A stretch of DNA of 32,000 nt from Scytonema sp. NUACC26. Lineage in GTDB: Bacteria > Cyanobacteriota > Cyanobacteriia > Cyanobacteriales > Nostocaceae. Made by a program: the position numbers and the translations under genes. Shown piece by piece: positions 27,377 to 32,000 of the stretch (within the stretch, counting starts at the first letter, position 1; every line of letters starts with the position of its first letter). Under the pieces are notes generated by a model, which searched no databases, had not been told where the DNA came from, and was given only the letters and a program-made list of their open reading frames with translations. The DNA is taken from the NCBI RefSeq assembly GCF_045865695.1, contig NZ_BAACAP010000227.1, forward strand, positions 37,824 through 69,823, read 5' to 3'.

Positions 27377-27775
27377 ATGTCTACTTCTATTTCTCAAACA
27401 CAACTATTTACTGAAATGACAGCAGAAGAAGGAGCAACACTAAGCGGTGGAACTGCTCAAGTTTACCTCAAACATTTTGTGATTTACGACACTCAAGAAT
27501 GGCCTCGAGACGAACCTTATCTAAAAGTTGATGGTAGCACGATTTGGTCTAAAGATGGTGCGGGAAATGGCATTCACGCTATTGACAAAGCATTTAATAT
27601 CACTGGTACTTATGATACACTTTCCCTTTGGGAAAATGATTCCTGGCCAAATAATGATGAATTTTTAGGTGAAAATAAAATTTACTCTTGGCAACGAGGA
27701 ACAGATTTAGAACTCTCTTTCACTGGGGAAGGTGCTAACTACAAACTTGTCTATGATGTTTATGATGTTTATTAA
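27377..27775 (+). CDS. Double-glycine-leader secreted protein, paralog 1 (132 aa; predicted 25-aa leader, 107-aa mature domain)
   Basis: ATG at 27377 preceded by AAGGAG (27364..27369). Leader MSTSISQTQLFTEMTAEEGATLSGG ends in GG with hydrophobic -4/-12 and acidic -8/-9 residues. The ORF-track start (TTG 27233) is probably too far upstream. A C39-peptidase ABC transporter lies downstream. Confidence 0.75.
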   Translation: MSTSISQTQLFTEMTAEEGATLSGGTAQVYLKHFVIYDTQEWPRDEPYLKVDGSTIWSKDGAGNGIHAIDKAFNITGTYDTLSLWENDSWPNNDEFLGENKIYSWQRGTDLELSFTGEGANYKLVYDVYDVY

Positions 27776-27922
27776 AATCAAGCGGTTTCAGGTATCTAAA
27801 TCCATCACCTCAAAAGAGTAAATTCTACCCAACTAACTCTCAAACATATTAACGTTGGAAAGCTAATTCGCTTTCCAGCGAAAAATATCCAAGCACAAAC
27901 TAGAAAAATTAAGGAGTCAAAA

Positions 27923-28318
27923 ATGTCTACTTCTATTTCTCAAACACAACTATTTACTGAAATGACAGCAGAAGAAGGAGCAACACTAAGCGGTGGAACT
28001 GCTCAAGTTTACCTCAAACATTTTGTGATTTACGAGACTCAAGAATGGCCTCAAGACGAACCTTATCTAAAAGTTGGTGACAAAACAATTTGGTCTAAAG
28101 ACGGTGCGGGAAAGGGCATTCACGCTATTGACAAAGCATTTAAGATTACTGATGCTTATGATACACTTTCCCTTTGGGAAAATGATTCCTGGCCAAATAA
28201 TGATGAATTTTTAGGTGAAAATAAAATTTACTCTTGGCAACGAGGAACAGATTTGGAACTTTCTTTCACTGGGGAAGGTGCTAATTACAAACTTGTATAC
28301 GATGTTTACTCTGTTTAA
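27923..28318 (+). CDS. Double-glycine-leader secreted protein, paralog 2 (131 aa)
   Basis: The same 29 nt upstream and the first 37 codons are identical to paralog 1, including the leader and SD. There are 10 amino-acid replacements plus a shorter C-terminus. Confidence 0.75.
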   Translation: MSTSISQTQLFTEMTAEEGATLSGGTAQVYLKHFVIYETQEWPQDEPYLKVGDKTIWSKDGAGKGIHAIDKAFKITDAYDTLSLWENDSWPNNDEFLGENKIYSWQRGTDLELSFTGEGANYKLVYDVYSV

Positions 28319-28349
28319 ATCTAGAACATAACATAGGTGTTTTAATAAA

Positions 28350-28379
28350 CTCGGTATTTTTCAAATATCGGGTTTCTTT
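28350..28379 (+). terminator. Possible intrinsic terminator after cargo paralog 2
   Basis: Stem CUCGGUAU / AUAUCGGG (8 pairs including two G-U), 7-nt loop, then TTTCTTT. Confidence 0.4.
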
Positions 28380-28578
28380 ATAGAAATTCTATCTGATATG
28401 TGAAATCCACGTACTACGTTACATGGGTAATGCCTACCAAAAGTCTGATTTGGTGGGCTACAGTACTACAGTATTTAAAATTTTTCAGAAATTATCTGGC
28501 GTTCATATAAATAACAAACGAGGGAGATTGTACATTATCCTACCCAGTTACTCTAAATGGGTGCAAATAATTAGGGTG

Positions 28579-28721
28579 ACCTGAATTTTCTGACTTTTTC
28601 TGACTTTTTCTGACTTTTTAAACAAAAAATGAATTGAGGAGCTTCTGAATTTAGCTCAACTCCTATACAGAATTATCAATCATACTAATAACAGAAAGCA
28701 ACCAAAAAGCTTTCCAGCAAA
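28579..28721 (+). promoter_or_regulatory. Upstream module B (probable promoter plus leader) of the ABC exporter; paralog of 27207..27340, with a triplicated 10-mer
   Basis: Same conserved blocks as module A. TGACTTTTTC is repeated three times at 28591..28620. Confidence 0.35.
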
Positions 28722-28786
28722 GAATTCACAATTTTACTGAAAATTTTCCTCGGACTGTTTTTTGTACATCAATATTATTATCAATT

Positions 28787-30973
28787 ATGAAATACCAAGT
28801 TGTTCTACAACACAGTGAAGAAGACTGTGGTGCTGCCTGTATTGCCACTATTGCTAAACATTACGGACGTACTTTTGCTATCAGTCGAGTGCGGGAAGCT
28901 GTGGGTACTGGTTCGCGAGGCACTTCCTTACTGGGTTTGAAACGGGGTGCAGAAGCACTGGGGTTTAATGCTCGTCAGGTAAAAGCTAATCCTGAAATGC
29001 TCGATCGCTTAATCGAAGTCCCTTTACCAGCAATTATCCACTGGAAAGGATATCACTGGGTTGTACTACACGGTCAAAAAGGGAAAAAATACATTGTTGC
29101 TGACCCCAGCCTTGGTATGCGTTATCTGACTCGCAAAGAGTTAATGATGGGTTGGGTCAATGGTGTCATGCTTTTGCTAGAACCAGACTACAGCCGTTTT
29201 CTAGAACAACCAGAAGATAAAATTGGCGGTTTTGGACGTTTTATTGCCCGTGCTTGGCCTTATCGCTTTATTCTTGCTCAGGCAATTGCCATTAATATAG
29301 CCATTGGTCTCCTCTCTCTCGCCTCTCCCTTGATGATGCAATTACTCACCGATGATGTGTTGGTACGGGGAGATACTCAATTGTTAACAACAGTGGCAAT
29401 TGGGGTGATTACGATGAATTTTATTAGAAGTGCGATCGCATTAGTACAATCCCACCTCATCGGTCACTTCGGTCAGCGCTTGCAATTCGGATTAATTCTA
29501 GAATACGGACGCAAACTGTTACACTTACCCCTGTCATACTTTGAAGGTCGTCGTAGTGGGGAAGTCGTCAGCCGCATTTCTGATGTAAACGCCATCAACG
29601 CTCTTGTTTCCCAAATTGTTCTCGGTTTACCCAGCCAATTTTTTATCGCCGTGGTTTCCTTGGGGATTATGCTGTTCTACAGTTGGCAACTATCCATAGC
29701 TTCTTTTGTTGCATTTATCATCCTGACTTGCATTAATCTGCTTTTTGTACCGATGATGCGGAATAAAACCCGTAAATCCATCGTTTTACGCACAGAAAAT
29801 CAAGGTTTTCTGGTAGAAACTTTTCGCGGCGTCCAAGTGCTAAAAACAACCCAAGCAACCCCCCAAGCCTGGGAAGAGTATCAAACAAATTACGGTCGCC
29901 TTGCCAACCTGGGGTGGAGTACGATGAAACTGGGGTTATACAGTGGTACTATTACCGGTCTTATTTCCACATTCACCAATATTGCCTTACTTTGGTTGGG
30001 AAGTTACTTAGTCATCAATCATACATTAACAATTGGTCAACTTCTCATGTTTAACGGTATGAGTGGTAACTTCCTCGGTTTCTTAGGTTCAGCAATTGGC
30101 TTAATTGATGAATTTATTACCGCCCAAGTTGTCATTCAGCGCCTGACAGAAGTTATTGACGCCACCCCAGAAGACGAAAACGACTTCAAAAAACCTTGGG
30201 CGCAAATTCCCGGTAATGCAGATATCACCTGTACCAACCTCAACTTCCACCATGCAGGTAGAGTAGACCTACTGCAAGACTTTTCTCTCACTATTCCCGG
30301 CGGTCAAGTCATCGCTTTAGTTGGTAAATCAGGTTGTGGCAAAAGTACCTTAGCTAAATTGATAACTGGTTTGTATCAAACTCAATCAGGTAATATCTCT
30401 TATGATATATACAACCAACAAGATTTATCTTTAGAATGCTTGCGACAGCAAATCGTTCTCGTACCTCAAGAACCCCACTTTTGGAGTCGCTCAATTGTTG
30501 ACAACTTCCGCTTCAGTTATCCCAACATTACTTTTGAACAAATTGTACGAGCTTGTCAAATTGCTGGTGCAGATGAATTCATTAACAAACTACCCGACAA
30601 ATACCAAACAGTTTTAGGAGAATTTGGCGCAAATCTTTCTGGCGGACAAAAGCAAAGATTAGCTATTGCCAGAGCAATTGTAACCGATCCACCCGTACTC
30701 ATTTTAGACGAATCCACAGGTGCTCTCGACCCAGTTAGCGAAGCCGAAGTTCTCACTAAACTGCTACACCATCGACGAGGTAAAACCACAATAACGATCA
30801 GCCATCGTCCCAAAGTCATTCAACGAGCCGATTGGATTGTACTCCTCGAACAAGGTCGCTTAAAAATCCAAGGAACTCCAGAATATCTCCGACAAATTCC
30901 AGGCGAACACTTACATTTTCTCGAAGAAGGTAACATTCAAAGGTCATTGTTAACAGTCAGCAGTAACCAGTGA
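28787..30973 (+). CDS. Peptidase-C39-domain bacteriocin-type ABC transporter (leader-cleaving exporter)
   Basis: 728 aa. N-terminal C39 domain with catalytic Cys context QHSEEDCGAACIATIAKHYG and HWVVL His region. Six-helix TMD. NBD with GKSGCGKST (Walker A), LSGGQKQRLAIARA (signature) and LILDEST (Walker B). Confidence 0.95.
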   Translation: MKYQVVLQHSEEDCGAACIATIAKHYGRTFAISRVREAVGTGSRGTSLLGLKRGAEALGFNARQVKANPEMLDRLIEVPLPAIIHWKGYHWVVLHGQKGKKYIVADPSLGMRYLTRKELMMGWVNGVMLLLEPDYSRFLEQPEDKIGGFGRFIARAWPYRFILAQAIAINIAIGLLSLASPLMMQLLTDDVLVRGDTQLLTTVAIGVITMNFIRSAIALVQSHLIGHFGQRLQFGLILEYGRKLLHLPLSYFEGRRSGEVVSRISDVNAINALVSQIVLGLPSQFFIAVVSLGIMLFYSWQLSIASFVAFIILTCINLLFVPMMRNKTRKSIVLRTENQGFLVETFRGVQVLKTTQATPQAWEEYQTNYGRLANLGWSTMKLGLYSGTITGLISTFTNIALLWLGSYLVINHTLTIGQLLMFNGMSGNFLGFLGSAIGLIDEFITAQVVIQRLTEVIDATPEDENDFKKPWAQIPGNADITCTNLNFHHAGRVDLLQDFSLTIPGGQVIALVGKSGCGKSTLAKLITGLYQTQSGNISYDIYNQQDLSLECLRQQIVLVPQEPHFWSRSIVDNFRFSYPNITFEQIVRACQIAGADEFINKLPDKYQTVLGEFGANLSGGQKQRLAIARAIVTDPPVLILDESTGALDPVSEAEVLTKLLHHRRGKTTITISHRPKVIQRADWIVLLEQGRLKIQGTPEYLRQIPGEHLHFLEEGNIQRSLLTVSSNQ

Positions 30974-31128
30974 CCAGTAGGTTGGGTTGAGGAACGAAAC
31001 CCAACATTTAGTAACCAGTGACCAGTAATCAGTGACCAGTGACCAAGAAACAATTCAAAATCCAAAATCTAAAATTAATTAATCCAAAATCCAAAATCAA
31101 TTAATCCAAAATCTAAAATCCAAAATCC
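30961..31128. repeat. Two adjacent STRR arrays (CAGTGAC/CAGTAAC, then TCCAAAA/TCTAAAA); the first is split by the hairpin repeat at 30979..31008
   Basis: Direct reading. The ABC transporter stop TGA (30971..30973) lies inside a CCAGTGA unit. The second array ends 2 nt before the HlyD start codon. Confidence 0.85.
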
Positions 31129-31129
31129 T

Positions 31130-32000
31130 ATGTTCGGCTACTTCAAATCAGATTCTATCCCCTTCAACCAAGAAAACGATTTTCTGCCTCCCCTGAGTCG
31201 TTGGACAACTTACGGTGGAATGTTTATCTTAGGGGTCATAAGTTTAGTAGTTCCAATTGCTTCTGTGAGTAAATATAAAGAGGTTGTAAAAACAGAAGCT
31301 GTTATCCGTCCTGTTGGTGAATTGCGAATTGTGCAAGCAGCAACAGAAGGTCAAGTCATACAAATCTCTGTTCAAGAAAATCAATTTATTAAAAAAGGGG
31401 ATATCATAGCCACAATTGATGACTCCCGCCTACAAACTAAAAAAAGCCAACTACAAAGTAGTATTCACCAAGCGAAGTTACAACTTATTCAAATTAACTC
31501 TCAAATTGGTGCTCTTAACAATCAAATCCGCGCTGAAACTGACCGCGTAAACCGCACTATTGCTTCTGCTGAAGCCGAACTTAGCGGGCGCATTCGTTCA
31601 TACCAAGATAAAAAAATAACGACTGTTGCAGAAGTTCAAGAGGCTGAAGCTAATGTTGGAATATCTGAAGAGGAATTGCATAAAGCTCATGCAGAGTTAA
31701 GATCGGCACAAGCAAATTTAAATGCTGCTCGCTCGGCTTTGATAGCTGCACGTTCTAAACAGAATCGATATGAAATGGCGGCTATTGTAGGAGCGCTGTC
31801 AAAAGACCAGTTAGAAGAAGCACAACTCGCTGCTAAACAACAAGAACAAGCAGTGGAAGCACAAGATGCAGTTGTGGAAGCGCAAAAACAAACTATCGCT
31901 CGCCTCAAACAAGCTGTTTCTGCATCTGTTGCCAAACGACAACGAGCACAAGTTGCTTTAAATCCTAGCTCTTCAGAAGTCGCGATCGCAACGGAACGTA
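31130..32000 (+). CDS. HlyD-family periplasmic adaptor (membrane fusion protein), 3' end beyond the window
   Basis: My own translation; the ORF is not in the track because it has no stop in the window. MFGYFKSDSIPFNQENDFLPPLSRWTTYGGMFILGVISLVVPIASVSKYKEVVKTEAVIRPVGELRIVQAATEGQVIQISVQENQFIKKGDIIATIDDSRLQ..., followed by a long coiled-coil (QL/AE/AQ-rich) segment. There are no stops to position 32000. Confidence 0.85.
   Translation, partial: MFGYFKSDSIPFNQENDFLPPLSRWTTYGGMFILGVISLVVPIASVSKYKEVVKTEAVIRPVGELRIVQAATEGQVIQISVQENQFIKKGDIIATIDDSRLQTKKSQLQSSIHQAKLQLIQINSQIGALNNQIRAETDRVNRTIASAEAELSGRIRSYQDKKITTVAEVQEAEANVGISEEELHKAHAELRSAQANLNAARSALIAARSKQNRYEMAAIVGALSKDQLEEAQLAAKQQEQAVEAQDAVVEAQKQTIARLKQAVSASVAKRQRAQVALNPSSSEVAIATER

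Overview
This window looks like chromosomal DNA from a filamentous (Nostocales-type) cyanobacterium. Supporting signs are frequent HIP1 octamers (GCGATCGC, e.g. at 1131, 5090, 6900, 12467), many heptamer STRR arrays, small GC-rich MITE-like elements, and the genes pcxA, COP23 and a DUF1823-like ORF. All family names come from motifs read by eye in the supplied translations; no homology search was run.

Housekeeping genes: pnp, acylphosphatase, pcxA, an aspartate aminotransferase, a GT2-TPR glycosyltransferase and two exported metallophosphoesterases.

Accessory material:
- The 3' end of an NRPS (A-T-TE).
- An SNF2 helicase / SWIM zinc-finger / trypco2-like operon, convergent with a two-gene Septu-like (PtuA ATPase / PtuB HNH) defence module.
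- A decayed patch: an Rpn/DUF2887-like nuclease with an in-frame TGA, a VapC PIN gene with an in-frame TAA, head-on truncated trypsin-like protease and Ser/Thr kinase fragments, and an apparently intact HEPN-MNT pair.

The most interesting locus lies at about 24.7-32 kb. It contains a small RTX-repeat protein and an AAA_35/STAND-like ATPase with an N-terminal HTH-like domain. That ATPase is divergent from two tandem paralogous double-glycine-leader proteins of about 130 aa. Their mature domains have a C2-domain-like sequence logic. They are followed by a C39-peptidase ABC exporter and a HlyD adaptor, and a duplicated upstream DNA module sits in front of both the cargo genes and the exporter.
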